Virus record (IMG/VR): IMGVR_UViG_3300046692_000091
Span: 143,261-207,260 of that record
Reading direction: 5' to 3' (one strand)
Source: a virus
Length of the DNA stretch: 64,000 nucleotides
A program made the translations under genes and the position numbers. The stretch's first letter is position 1; each line of letters opens with the position of its first letter. The notes under the pieces were generated by a model, which was not told the DNA's origin, searched no databases, and saw only the letters and a program-made list of their open reading frames with translations. Below, one piece after another: positions 1-9,171 of the stretch.

Positions 1-12
1 CTGAACCGTGTC

Positions 13-963
13 ATGAATTTGCATAATGTCGATTTCGCCATCGCAACTGAAAAAGGCAATCCCATCTCACCCACCCCGAAACAAAAATGGGTAGTCTTCA
101 TCGAGAAGTATAGCCATAACCGAGACAAGTCTATCGGCATGCATCGAATTGGTAAAGGACCAGAGATTGGTCGGTGTATTCCTAATACCAATGATGACAT
201 CGACAAACATGATTGGGTATTCCATACTCGTGATCAGGCTGCTGCCAAACGCATCAAAGGTTTAGTGTATTCGCCAGATGTAATGACGGAACAGTTAATG
301 TTCAATGAGTTACAACCATGTGTTGACAAGCTTAAAAGGCATGAAGGTATCCATATCTACACCACCGATGCTGGTGAGAAGTGGTATGCTACAAGTGACT
401 GCGGTGTGAATGATCAAATCCGCATGCGTACGAAAGGAAGTGCCGCCAGTGTGAGTAGGTACGGTTGGTTCTATAAAAACGTGATGGACCAATATGGTGG
501 CGAATGGCTACTGCATCGGTTAAGTCTCAGTAGTAAAGAAGTAATCGACTACTCAGTGGAATCATCTACCCTTACCGGTGAGATTGTTCCGAAGGCACTG
601 AAGAAACATTACCGACTAGAAGAAACCAAAGGAGATAGCTCCATTACGGTTCTGACGCCAGAAGAGTTCACTGGGTTGTATCGTAAGAAGAATTACGAAC
701 TGTTGCTCGACCTACGTGGTGTGGCTGAAGAAGGAACAGTCCTGGATATCAATGATCTGCTAACGACCATTGTGATGAAAGAATTCCCTGGGGCTTATCC
801 TAACGTCAACCTGGATAAGTTGTTGTTCCTGATCCATGGTGGAGAACCACTCGCCGGTAAGTCGATGCTGGTATGGCACGGGCGTAAGTACTACTGTACC
901 ATTCGCAACAAACAGAAATTTAGTGTCAATGCTGGTTCCGCATTTCCTTCCACTCCCTATTAA
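13..963 (+). CDS. hypothetical protein (316 aa); frame open to window start, may be 5' truncated
   Basis: Long ORF; packed against next gene (stop 963, next ATG 972). Confidence 0.5.
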   Translation: MNLHNVDFAIATEKGNPISPTPKQKWVVFIEKYSHNRDKSIGMHRIGKGPEIGRCIPNTNDDIDKHDWVFHTRDQAAAKRIKGLVYSPDVMTEQLMFNELQPCVDKLKRHEGIHIYTTDAGEKWYATSDCGVNDQIRMRTKGSAASVSRYGWFYKNVMDQYGGEWLLHRLSLSSKEVIDYSVESSTLTGEIVPKALKKHYRLEETKGDSSITVLTPEEFTGLYRKKNYELLLDLRGVAEEGTVLDINDLLTTIVMKEFPGAYPNVNLDKLLFLIHGGEPLAGKSMLVWHGRKYYCTIRNKQKFSVNAGSAFPSTPY

Positions 964-971
964 GGATCACC

Positions 972-1889
972 ATGTTCAAATTTTTCGCACGCCTGCTATC
1001 TAACCGTCGTCTCGACAAGATCTATGCTGATGAACGCTTCGCTGAGCAGATGCCTTCCCTTCGGATTGATTGGAGTGAAGACATTCACCTGGATCTAGAT
1101 CGTGATGGTCAACGTATTGCTTACCATACCCCGTCGATGAAACAAATCGACATTAATACTGTTAAGGTAAAGAGTGGTCAGGAAGGTAACTGGGCAGACC
1201 GCAGTAAACCACGTTACCAACATCAGTATGACGTTGTGGAGCAAGTAGCTAACTTCTTGCAGATGCGCAATGTTGATCTATGGTGCGGTGTACCATTCTG
1301 TAAGATCGACGGCCGAGTCCATTACGTTGCTCGTGACAGTGTTCGTCCACTGTATGTTGTTCTCTACACGGAAACTGGTAAAGAATACCGTATTCCTAAG
1401 GCACTCTTCGGTTACTTCAGAGATGAAGATTTGCTGAGACCTGATATCTACACCATGCATCCTGTCGATCTACATACACACAAACCAGTGGAAGATTGGA
1501 AGCCCATTATTCAAATGGTTCCAGGTAAACAAGATATTCATGGTGCTTATACGTACCTGAATGAAGTAGCAGGTTGTCCTGGTATCTTAGACTTCCAATC
1601 CCAGGATATCATCATCAACATTAATATCCTGGATAACAGTGCTACACCAATTGTTGACCTGAAGCCGTTCCTCTGGGCTATCCGTGATGGTGTTAAACAT
1701 GAATCCAAACGGTGGACCCTGAGTATCGATCAGATCCAACTGCAGATCGGCATGAACCCGAAACCTATCAAGGTATTGGATTTGTCTCACGAACTTCCAG
1801 AGCATCGAATCATCCTGTCTGATGTGCCTACTCTCTGGAGTGTTGAAACGTACATTAACACTGGCAACCTCCCAACTACTTACCCTTAA
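972..1889 (+). CDS. hypothetical protein (305 aa)
   Basis: Long ORF; 'aggatcaccATG' SD-like; tandem packing. Confidence 0.6.
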   Translation: MFKFFARLLSNRRLDKIYADERFAEQMPSLRIDWSEDIHLDLDRDGQRIAYHTPSMKQIDINTVKVKSGQEGNWADRSKPRYQHQYDVVEQVANFLQMRNVDLWCGVPFCKIDGRVHYVARDSVRPLYVVLYTETGKEYRIPKALFGYFRDEDLLRPDIYTMHPVDLHTHKPVEDWKPIIQMVPGKQDIHGAYTYLNEVAGCPGILDFQSQDIIININILDNSATPIVDLKPFLWAIRDGVKHESKRWTLSIDQIQLQIGMNPKPIKVLDLSHELPEHRIILSDVPTLWSVETYINTGNLPTTYP

Positions 1890-1898
1890 GGAACCAGA

Positions 1899-3056
1899 AT
1901 GTCTCTCTGTACTTGGTTTGTTGAACTACTTTACGGCAAAAAAGAAGTAGGTACCATCGCTGGTGCCGAAGAAGTAAAGCCAGAAGCGGAAATGTTCTGC
2001 CGTAGTAATCGGCGGGATACGTGGACTAAGCGTATCTATTCGGATATGATTGCCACTGGTGCCGATCTGGTATGTATCTCCACCCCAGGTAATCTTCATC
2101 GTTATCGTGGTGTTCTGTTTAACCATAAGTTGAAAGTGTGGGATGTCGTCACACTGGCTGAAGTTGAACTTGGTACATTGTGGTCGAATGGTGGTGCTCG
2201 CGGATGCTATAAGTCATCTCGTGAGATCGATGATCATCGTTCCCGTTATGAACCTCACAAGAAGATGATGAAAGAGTACGAAATCGTAGGGGGCTTTATT
2301 AACGAAGTAACCTATTGTAAAGGCATGTATGGTAACCATCACACAGGATTCTCCAAGCACTATTACCTGTCTATCGGTATTAATGTGGACCATCTGAGAA
2401 TGGTAGAGGAATTCAATACAGATAAACGGTACCGTGTTGCTACGCTTCCTAATGGCACGCAACTCTTTCGTACTGTCCCACAGATGGTTCAACAAAACAT
2501 AGCTACTTCGGCTACCAGTTTATTCACCTATACTACCCAGACAGGTGAGTCAATCACCATACCGAACTGGGTTATGGGCACGATTAAACAGGTACAGCTC
2601 GTTGATGCCGATGGGAATGATACGGTATTGGCCGACCCTATCAAGATCACCAAGCTAGATGATGGTGAGGATGTAGGGAAAGAAGCATACATCTATTTGG
2701 TTGAAGGTACGGCTAATACATACACTCGTGCCCGCTATCGGATCGAAGTTGAGTCTGAACGTATCTTTGGTGGTAAGATCGTAGACGTGGATGCCCTGTT
2801 GGAATCCATTTTCCACCGTATGTGTTTCCAGCAAATCGATCACAAGGGCAAGTTGTTCATCGACCACATCCAATACCTGTGTTTGGATGGAACGACCCAT
2901 ACCGCTGATGTAGGTGGTTTCTTGTCCATCGGGGCAGAGGCTTATCGAGCAGGTAGAACACAGGCTGGTGTGCATCATGGGTCACATGGCCATACGTATT
3001 TACAGGGCCCATTGATCGTAACCCATGTGGCCTTCCCTGAGGAACCAATTTACTAG
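1899..3056 (+). CDS. hypothetical protein (385 aa)
   Basis: Long ORF; 'aaggaaccagaATG'; followed by promoter motif and hairpin. Confidence 0.6.
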   Translation: MSLCTWFVELLYGKKEVGTIAGAEEVKPEAEMFCRSNRRDTWTKRIYSDMIATGADLVCISTPGNLHRYRGVLFNHKLKVWDVVTLAEVELGTLWSNGGARGCYKSSREIDDHRSRYEPHKKMMKEYEIVGGFINEVTYCKGMYGNHHTGFSKHYYLSIGINVDHLRMVEEFNTDKRYRVATLPNGTQLFRTVPQMVQQNIATSATSLFTYTTQTGESITIPNWVMGTIKQVQLVDADGNDTVLADPIKITKLDDGEDVGKEAYIYLVEGTANTYTRARYRIEVESERIFGGKIVDVDALLESIFHRMCFQQIDHKGKLFIDHIQYLCLDGTTHTADVGGFLSIGAEAYRAGRTQAGVHHGSHGHTYLQGPLIVTHVAFPEEPIY

Positions 3057-3086
3057 ATTTAAAACATTTATAAGGCTATATTACTG
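3056..3086 (+). promoter_or_regulatory. phage promoter-like motif ...taaggCTATATTACtg
   Basis: One of 7 plus-strand copies of CTATATTAC in AT-rich context upstream of gene starts. Confidence 0.5.
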
Positions 3087-3108
3087 TAGTGATGTAGCTC
3101 CACCCATG

Positions 3109-3134
3109 GGCCTCCTTTCGGGGAGGCTTTATGT
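3109..3134 (+). terminator. hairpin (UUCG loop) + CTTTATG
   Basis: gcctcctttcggggaggctttatg. Confidence 0.55.
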
Positions 3135-3156
3135 CCTGTAATAGAGGTATCCCAAT

Positions 3157-3441
3157 ATGATTCATCCAGTACGCTGGGCGATATCATTAATGGCAACTGC
3201 TCATCTCTACTTAAATGGAGGCGATCCAAAAGTCGTTCGTGGTATTGTAAAGCACCTAAACGTTCTGTATAACACAGAACTAGTAATGTCGCATGATCTT
3301 GATAAAGAAGTATGTGTACTAGAAGCTCTAACAAAAAGAGTCAGTGGGGTTTTCGACCACTATGGTGATGATAACCAATTATCCCCGGATGTGCGCATGT
3401 CCTACATCGAAATGCAATTAATATCCGCAAGACGCCTCTAA
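3157..3441 (+). CDS. hypothetical protein (94 aa)
   Basis: ORF just after hairpin-CTTTATG element. Confidence 0.45.
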   Translation: MIHPVRWAISLMATAHLYLNGGDPKVVRGIVKHLNVLYNTELVMSHDLDKEVCVLEALTKRVSGVFDHYGDDNQLSPDVRMSYIEMQLISARRL

Positions 3442-3486
3442 GTTAAGGGGGGTCCTGCGAAAATCTATCTTCCAGGAGGAATCCCC

Positions 3487-3849
3487 ATGAAACCTATGTA
3501 TTTGACCCTTACCGACAACACGTTGACTTTTGAAGACCTGGTTAATGTAGGCCAGGATGCAGAAGCTCTCAAATTCACGTTGGTTGATCGTTTTACCCGT
3601 CAGCCAATAGATCGTCCTATGGTTGTTGCAGCGACTGATACGCGCCATGAAGGCGTTGTTGTATCGTCTGTAGTAATGCATAGCGATGGCGAATCTACCT
3701 TTCAAGCTTTGTTTGACTGGTGGAATAAATGTGAGATCCATGAGATCGCAATCGAATGGTATCACATCGATAGTGCCAAGGTTGATATCCGTGTGAAGGG
3801 TAATCCTAAACACGTTGTAAACTATGCTCTGAAAGTAGAAAAAGCATAG
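3487..3849 (+). CDS. hypothetical protein (120 aa)
   Basis: Strong SD 'ccaggaggaatccccATG'. Confidence 0.6.
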   Translation: MKPMYLTLTDNTLTFEDLVNVGQDAEALKFTLVDRFTRQPIDRPMVVAATDTRHEGVVVSSVVMHSDGESTFQALFDWWNKCEIHEIAIEWYHIDSAKVDIRVKGNPKHVVNYALKVEKA

Positions 3850-3942
3850 TCTATCCTTTGGATTGGACACCTCTGACCTTTACGGGTTGGGGGTGTCCAT
3901 CTATTGCTTTTCTTTTTTATACTCAGCACCCCTCTAGTATAG

Positions 3943-4377
3943 GTGAACGACCATACTAAAAGCAAAGGAGGGAGGCTTTTATTTTGTAACATGGTTACGT
4001 TAGTAACATCCTTATTCCCTACCAACAAGAGATCAGAAATGACCGCAAGTAATGTTGTAAAGATCCCGGTAATCTGCATGGGTGCAGAATCGAAATTCCT
4101 GACTAAGAAGACAGTTCAGCTCGAGAAGATCGTAAGCTGTCAATTGGTAGACGCATATGGCGTACAGATTAAGGATTATGTGGTAGCTAATGAAGCTCCT
4201 ATTCCTAATCTGTACCAACGGACCATCTATAAGAAAGGTCTGGCAACATCCGAAAAGATTGGGTCGCTATTTGTTGATCAAGTAACAGGGTCTTATACTC
4301 TGAAGCTGTTAGATCCATTGGCTCGACCAGCAGGTGTTGATATCCAACTTACCATCCAAACGAAGGAAGCCGCATGA
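3943..4377 (+). CDS. hypothetical protein; start uncertain (GTG 3943, ATG 3990 or ATG 4039); C-terminus ...KEAA
   Basis: ORF; stop overlaps next start (gccgcATGa). Confidence 0.45.
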   Translation: MNDHTKSKGGRLLFCNMVTLVTSLFPTNKRSEMTASNVVKIPVICMGAESKFLTKKTVQLEKIVSCQLVDAYGVQIKDYVVANEAPIPNLYQRTIYKKGLATSEKIGSLFVDQVTGSYTLKLLDPLARPAGVDIQLTIQTKEAA

Positions 4378-4811
4378 CTGAAGTGTCTATTCGCCGTATG
4401 CCTGTTGATGACAGTGCAGATAGCCGTCAAGCCATTATTCAGGTACCGATTCATAATACCGAATGCTACCAACTACCTGATCTGTTGGGCATTAACCCAA
4501 CAGCAATTCATTGGATCACTCCGGTCCAAGTCTCAGCACAATACTCAGGTATCCCAGCCCCAGGATTTACGTTTACCATTCGTCCTTACCGTGAGCAAGA
4601 AGGTGGTGGACAATGGGTAGATGTATTCTACCGGCTGAACAAGGTAGCCCTCATTTCGATCGGTGGACCACATGGCCGTATCGTCACGGGTAATGCACTC
4701 GATGAACAATTGGCTAAGTTGTTCCCTGAGATGGCAGAAGCAGTAGCACAAGTAACGGTGGCCTTCCTCGTGCAGTACGAGGTTCCTCATGAAGACACGT
4801 TTGCTACTTGA
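4374..4811 (+). CDS. hypothetical protein (145 aa)
   Basis: ORF; ATGA overlap with upstream gene. Confidence 0.55.
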   Translation: MTEVSIRRMPVDDSADSRQAIIQVPIHNTECYQLPDLLGINPTAIHWITPVQVSAQYSGIPAPGFTFTIRPYREQEGGGQWVDVFYRLNKVALISIGGPHGRIVTGNALDEQLAKLFPEMAEAVAQVTVAFLVQYEVPHEDTFAT

Positions 4812-5166
4812 TTATTCCAATCGCGGGGTAGTCTCAGGCAGATCTAATAGTTTGGTACATCACGGATCTCCTGATCTTCAGTTTACTGATGTGAATGTAC
4901 TGGCAGTTACGCAAGGGCCACAGACCTACGAATCTGAGTTAGGCTTCTATAAGGAGCCTCAACTTGAGTTCCCCAATCGGATAGTGTTTACTTTCTTCGA
5001 TAAGATTCAGAATCAATTGATTGCTGAGTTGGAAGTAGAACTCCAATTGAAGAGAATGCGTTGGATCAAGTCCGTGACTATGTCTCGGGTTACACCTTTC
5101 CAAGTTGAGATCGAACTGATTCAAGATCCAGCTATTCCCAGCCACTTATGGAGTATAGCGATTTGA
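4789..5166 (+). CDS. hypothetical protein (125 aa)
   Basis: ORF; overlaps neighbours by a few codons. Confidence 0.45.
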   Translation: MKTRLLLDYSNRGVVSGRSNSLVHHGSPDLQFTDVNVLAVTQGPQTYESELGFYKEPQLEFPNRIVFTFFDKIQNQLIAELEVELQLKRMRWIKSVTMSRVTPFQVEIELIQDPAIPSHLWSIAI

Positions 5167-5579
5167 TAGAATTGACGATAGCTTTATACGACAAACGGGA
5201 AGGTGATCTAGGAGATTGTGTTAGAGGCACCGAAGATAAAACTTTAGGGAAGCCATTTTGGATAACCCCAGGTCTAACATTCGAAACTGATGGGCAACCC
5301 ATCCATGCCTTTAAAACAGTTCCCACGCTACACTCTTACGTGGGTGTAAAGACTTTCCAGATCTGGGACAAGCGCAGTCAGTCCAAGCGAAAGCTTGTGG
5401 CAACGATTACGATAGACACCGCTACTAATAGCTACGTTGTGGCATTAGAAGACTACTATCAACGTCGTCGGTTGAATATGACTTTCCATGTACATGGGAA
5501 TTATGTTAGACCTCCTGCGCCTGTGGCATTCCATAACAAGACCCATCACGGTGATTGGGTTTTCGATAATACGATCTAA
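5148..5579 (+). CDS. hypothetical protein (143 aa)
   Basis: ORF in tandem array. Confidence 0.5.
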   Translation: MEYSDLIELTIALYDKREGDLGDCVRGTEDKTLGKPFWITPGLTFETDGQPIHAFKTVPTLHSYVGVKTFQIWDKRSQSKRKLVATITIDTATNSYVVALEDYYQRRRLNMTFHVHGNYVRPPAPVAFHNKTHHGDWVFDNTI

Positions 5580-5581
5580 TC

Positions 5582-5734
5582 ATGAAGACCAAACTCGAGA
5601 TGATCCACACTCTGCAACAACAGATGGAAACTCTCATTGAAGATAACCTGAAACTGGTTAAACAAATGGGTGCTCTAGTAAAGAATCAGACTGATCTAGA
5701 AAAGCGTCTTGCAAAGCTAGAGGAAAGGAAATAA
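5582..5734 (+). CDS. small coiled-coil protein (50 aa), not in ORF track
   Basis: ATG 5582 right after upstream stop; heptad-like MKTKLEMIHTLQQQMETLIEDNLKLVK...LEERK; fills the 150-nt gap exactly. Confidence 0.4.
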   Translation: MKTKLEMIHTLQQQMETLIEDNLKLVKQMGALVKNQTDLEKRLAKLEERK

Positions 5735-5736
5735 CC

Positions 5737-6201
5737 ATGCAACATCCGGTAGTAGCTAAACAAGTATTTTCGGATCTAGGTATCGTGCTCGATGGCCGTT
5801 CCTATTTCCCAGAAGATTCCCTCAATGCAACCTTGATCGAAAAGGTACTGCAGCGAGAAGCCCGTTGGTTGACCTATAACAAAGCTGGTGTGCTAGTTGG
5901 CTATAATGCCGAAGAGGATATCCAACTAGGTACTCGGGTTGCACTGAACCATAACGGTTCGGTAGATGACGCCGATATTTTCTGGTCACCTCTCTCTGGG
6001 GATAAAGATACCCCTTTGGTTCAGCTGTATGCTGAAGGCTTAGAAGAGACAACCAATCGCATGCAAGAAACCCGTGCGTACATGATGCAATGTATGGGTA
6101 GCCGTGGCTGGGTTCCTACCTTTGATGATGCTGGTGATCTGGTGGGGCTATGCCGTAACTTCATTATCGATGTAAGTCAAATCAATCGTCGTGCTGCTTA
6201 A
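5737..6201 (+). CDS. hypothetical protein (154 aa); ends ...RRAA
   Basis: SD 'gaggaaaggaaataaccATG'. Confidence 0.55.
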   Translation: MQHPVVAKQVFSDLGIVLDGRSYFPEDSLNATLIEKVLQREARWLTYNKAGVLVGYNAEEDIQLGTRVALNHNGSVDDADIFWSPLSGDKDTPLVQLYAEGLEETTNRMQETRAYMMQCMGSRGWVPTFDDAGDLVGLCRNFIIDVSQINRRAA

Positions 6202-6209
6202 GGATTTAA

Positions 6210-6656
6210 ATGAAAACGTTTTTGTATCTGTTACCGATCGAACATGATCAAGAAATCAAAGATCTACTGCGCATGGTTTCAAAGCCACCAACTGAGTGCT
6301 ACTCCGGACCTATGGTGATGGAGAGTAAGCTGATTGATCTGGTAGGTAAAGCCGAACGAGTAGAAACTGATCAAGGTCTGGATGCTCGTAACCTGGTCAT
6401 CCCCGAAGATAAGATTTGTGTTGGGATCATGGTCGAACATAGTGAGGGTGAAAATGTTCATCGGACCGAATGCGACATGTTTGCTGATCACCCAGAATTC
6501 GAACATCCGGTAGGTGGTCTTGCTAATCGAATGGACCGCGCTGCCGATGTATTGATCGATAGACTACACCGTCCAAACAAAACCACTTCGTATGCCTGGA
6601 CCTATAACGGCATGAGTGGTTACAAAGCTTTGCGGTTGTGTGGGCGTTACAGTTAA
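6210..6656 (+). CDS. hypothetical protein (148 aa)
   Basis: SD 'taaggatttaaATG'. Confidence 0.55.
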   Translation: MKTFLYLLPIEHDQEIKDLLRMVSKPPTECYSGPMVMESKLIDLVGKAERVETDQGLDARNLVIPEDKICVGIMVEHSEGENVHRTECDMFADHPEFEHPVGGLANRMDRAADVLIDRLHRPNKTTSYAWTYNGMSGYKALRLCGRYS

Positions 6657-6704
6657 TTCACTTCGGTGTATTAATATTCTGACCCATCAACTAGAGGCAA
6701 CGTG

Positions 6705-7073
6705 ATGCAATGTTTAACACACGTACTGAGGTCGTTGGTTCTCGTAACCGCATTAGCGGCTGCAACGAATACAATGGCAACAGAGGTGATTGCGGATGGA
6801 ACTTACTGTGAGAGTCTAGCTGAAATGGCTAAGGCAGGAGCAGAAGCTAAATCCCGTGGTGAGTCTAAGCAACAATGGCGCACTAATCTCCTCTCCCTAA
6901 AGGGATACGTTGTGAAGAATAAAGATAACGTTCTTTACAGCATTCTTCCTAAAGCGGTATCGGAAGTGGACGCAGTCTATAAGAATCGTGAGACTCCTAT
7001 GGACACATACCAAACTTCCTACGTCGGCTGCATGACGAATGATTACGGTTCCGCCGTAACCATCAACTATTGA
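6705..7073 (+). CDS. secreted protein with N-terminal signal peptide
   Basis: N-terminus MQCLTHVLRSLVLVTALAAATNTMA; SD 'agaggcaacgtgATG'. Confidence 0.5.
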   Translation: MQCLTHVLRSLVLVTALAAATNTMATEVIADGTYCESLAEMAKAGAEAKSRGESKQQWRTNLLSLKGYVVKNKDNVLYSILPKAVSEVDAVYKNRETPMDTYQTSYVGCMTNDYGSAVTINY

Positions 7074-7078
7074 TATTT

Positions 7079-7104
7079 GGCCTTCCTTCGGGGAGGCCTT
7101 ATGT
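7079..7104 (+). terminator. hairpin + CTTATG
   Basis: ggccttccttcggggaggccttatg. Confidence 0.55.
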
Positions 7105-7125
7105 CCCAATCAAAGAAAGGTAAAT

Positions 7126-7272
7126 ATGGAAACGTTAGGCTCTTCATTAATATTGTTAGGTATTCTCGCCTTCTTCTTCGGTTTCGGTGATATGTGCGGG
7201 ACTAATAAAAAGGTAGTTGTTGGTAGTGTTGCCGCAATCGTAGCGGGCGTGATTATCAATTTAATCAACTAG
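7126..7272 (+). CDS. small membrane protein (48 aa), not in ORF track
   Basis: METLGSSLILLGILAFFFGFGDMCGTNKKVVVGSVAAIVAGVIINLIN; two hydrophobic helices. Confidence 0.45.
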   Translation: METLGSSLILLGILAFFFGFGDMCGTNKKVVVGSVAAIVAGVIINLIN

Positions 7273-7280
7273 GGGGTTCT

Positions 7281-7457
7281 ATGTGGGCACTCTATCTCGT
7301 AGCATTTGTTATCTTCGCTATCGGCTTGGAGTTCTTCTTAGGGGAACGTCAATCCAAAGTAGACGATGATGACATTGGACGTACCAGTACTGGTGAAGAA
7401 CGTTTCGCAGGACTGGTATTAATGTTGGTAGGTGTAACAATTGCATTATGGGTGTAA
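7281..7457 (+). CDS. small membrane protein (58 aa), not in ORF track
   Basis: MWALYLVAFVIFAIGLEFFLGER...FAGLVLMLVGVTIALWV; SD 'tagggggttctATG'. Confidence 0.45.
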   Translation: MWALYLVAFVIFAIGLEFFLGERQSKVDDDDIGRTSTGEERFAGLVLMLVGVTIALWV

Positions 7458-7458
7458 C

Positions 7459-7656
7459 ATGGAAACATTAGTTGGAATTATAGCTGCAATCGCCATGGCC
7501 AGTGCAATTGCTTTACTGGTATTGGGGATCAACGCTCTATGTTGGTGGGAAGCCTTTCTTCCCAAAACAAAGCGAAAAGTATTTATCAGTGCCTGTGTGT
7601 TGGGCACGATTGTATTTTTCAGTGTGCTTTGGTTTATTTGGCTCATGCACAACTAA
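7459..7656 (+). CDS. small membrane protein (65 aa)
   Basis: METLVGIIAAIAMASAIALLVLG...; starts at taacATGg after previous gene. Confidence 0.5.
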   Translation: METLVGIIAAIAMASAIALLVLGINALCWWEAFLPKTKRKVFISACVLGTIVFFSVLWFIWLMHN

Positions 7657-7684
7657 CACAAAAAATCTGAAATCTATATTACTA
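7655..7684 (+). promoter_or_regulatory. promoter-like motif aaaaaatctgaaatCTATATTACtactgtg
   Basis: Nearly identical 30-mer at 27808; precedes sspB-like gene. Confidence 0.5.
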
Positions 7685-7717
7685 CTGTGAATTCATAAAG
7701 ACCATTAGGGGCTACAA

Positions 7718-8458
7718 ATGCAAATCGAACAACGCGATACCAACATGACCCGCACTATGATGGACGCTTTCTTCAGTTGGTTCGCGGCAAACGACATCAG
7801 CCGTATCCACGTTATTGTGGACGGCACCCTTTTTGACAGTAAGGCTTTCGTAGACGATATGAATGGTCTGTATCAGATCCGTTTGTCTATTGGCGCTGCT
7901 GCAGTTCGTGGTTTCGGTTATCATGAACATGGCTTCTCGTACGGTTGCATGCGTCAAGGTGTTCATATCGACATGGACATTCCTTACGAAGCAGTGTTGG
8001 GCTTTGTTATCCCAACTGGTGAGAACACCGAAGTCATCTTCGAGGTTCCTAACCTGGAACGTCACCAAATGAAACTCGAACAACAGAAAGGTTTGTTGCC
8101 ACAACTGGGTAACTTCGCTTTCGTTGATCATGAAGGTAAAGCACTGCCGGATGAAATGGTTCATGAGCTGATGCGTCAACTCGTTCCATCCAATGCGGCC
8201 AAAGCAATCGAAGCCGCTCCTTATGCCGTACATGGCATCGCCCCAGAGACCCAGGATGAGGAAGGCAATCAACTGCCAACCATCACTGACCTGATGACCC
8301 GTAAACCTCTGGCGCAGCGTCCTGCTAAGCCCCAGCCTAAAGAAGCTCAAGCACCATTGTTGAACTTCGGCAATGTAAGTGGTACACAACTTCCAGCCCC
8401 AAAACCAACCCGTGCCATCCCTGCAGGTTGGTCCGTAATCCAAGGAGGTAAAGCATGA
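7718..8458 (+). CDS. sspB: SspB-like ClpXP adaptor homolog (stringent starvation protein B family)
   Basis: N-terminal ~110 aa aligns to E. coli SspB: MMDAFFSWFAANDISRIHVIVDGT vs LLRAFYEWLLDNQLTPHLVVDVT; IRLSIGAAAV vs IVLNIAPRAV; ...IPYEAVLGFV vs ...VPLAAVLAIY. Long low-complexity C-terminal tail, as in SspB. Confidence 0.6.
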   Translation: MQIEQRDTNMTRTMMDAFFSWFAANDISRIHVIVDGTLFDSKAFVDDMNGLYQIRLSIGAAAVRGFGYHEHGFSYGCMRQGVHIDMDIPYEAVLGFVIPTGENTEVIFEVPNLERHQMKLEQQKGLLPQLGNFAFVDHEGKALPDEMVHELMRQLVPSNAAKAIEAAPYAVHGIAPETQDEEGNQLPTITDLMTRKPLAQRPAKPQPKEAQAPLLNFGNVSGTQLPAPKPTRAIPAGWSVIQGGKA

Positions 8459-9168
8459 ACCCGTGTGACCAACTGGCGCATATCACGTGCCGTCGTAAAT
8501 CCCCGCGCCTGGCTGAGATCTTCAAGAAGCTGGATGGGGATTCGCATTTCCAGCAATTGGATATGTATGAACTGAATGACATGTTGTTCCGTGAACTAGC
8601 ATGGATGCCAAGTATGGTATCGATGGATTCTGAAGAACTCTATCAGGTCAACATCCGCACTATCCCGATCGCTCGTTTCGAAGATGGTGGTCTCCGTGTA
8701 CTGTCAATGGATACCCAAACCTTCTGGCCCAGTATGAATGATGTACAATCGGAACATGCTGTTCTGCAAGACATGGTTCATGCAGCTATGGTTAAGCATG
8801 TAATGTCCTGGGGCCTACGAATCAAAGAACCAGAACTGCGTATGCCGGTGTACTTCTCATTCGATCAACTCCGTCAGAATCTGGACGCTGTTGTTGTAGG
8901 GGCTGGTTTGCACACACTGACTGACGAACTCCGTCGTGTGCCACGTAAAACCAATCACCTCACTATTAATGTGGTGTTGACGATTACACCATCATTGATG
9001 TACCAGATCCGTGACCAGTCTCGTGCACAGATCTACATCTGCGACAACAACTTGCAACCTATCAATAACTTTGAAGGTGTTGTTGATAATGGGAACGAAA
9101 GTTTCTTTGACTTCTTGCGGAAACATAGTTACGACAGTAGCGTAATGTTAATGCCAGGTCTGGAGTAA
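8455..9168 (+). CDS. hypothetical protein (237 aa)
   Basis: ATGA overlap with sspB-like gene. Confidence 0.55.
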   Translation: MNPCDQLAHITCRRKSPRLAEIFKKLDGDSHFQQLDMYELNDMLFRELAWMPSMVSMDSEELYQVNIRTIPIARFEDGGLRVLSMDTQTFWPSMNDVQSEHAVLQDMVHAAMVKHVMSWGLRIKEPELRMPVYFSFDQLRQNLDAVVVGAGLHTLTDELRRVPRKTNHLTINVVLTITPSLMYQIRDQSRAQIYICDNNLQPINNFEGVVDNGNESFFDFLRKHSYDSSVMLMPGLE

Positions 9169-9171
9169 CAA

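Noticed and set aside
7712-8443. 243-aa minus-strand ORF opposite the SspB-like gene
   Set aside because: Antisense shadow; the plus frame aligns to SspB.
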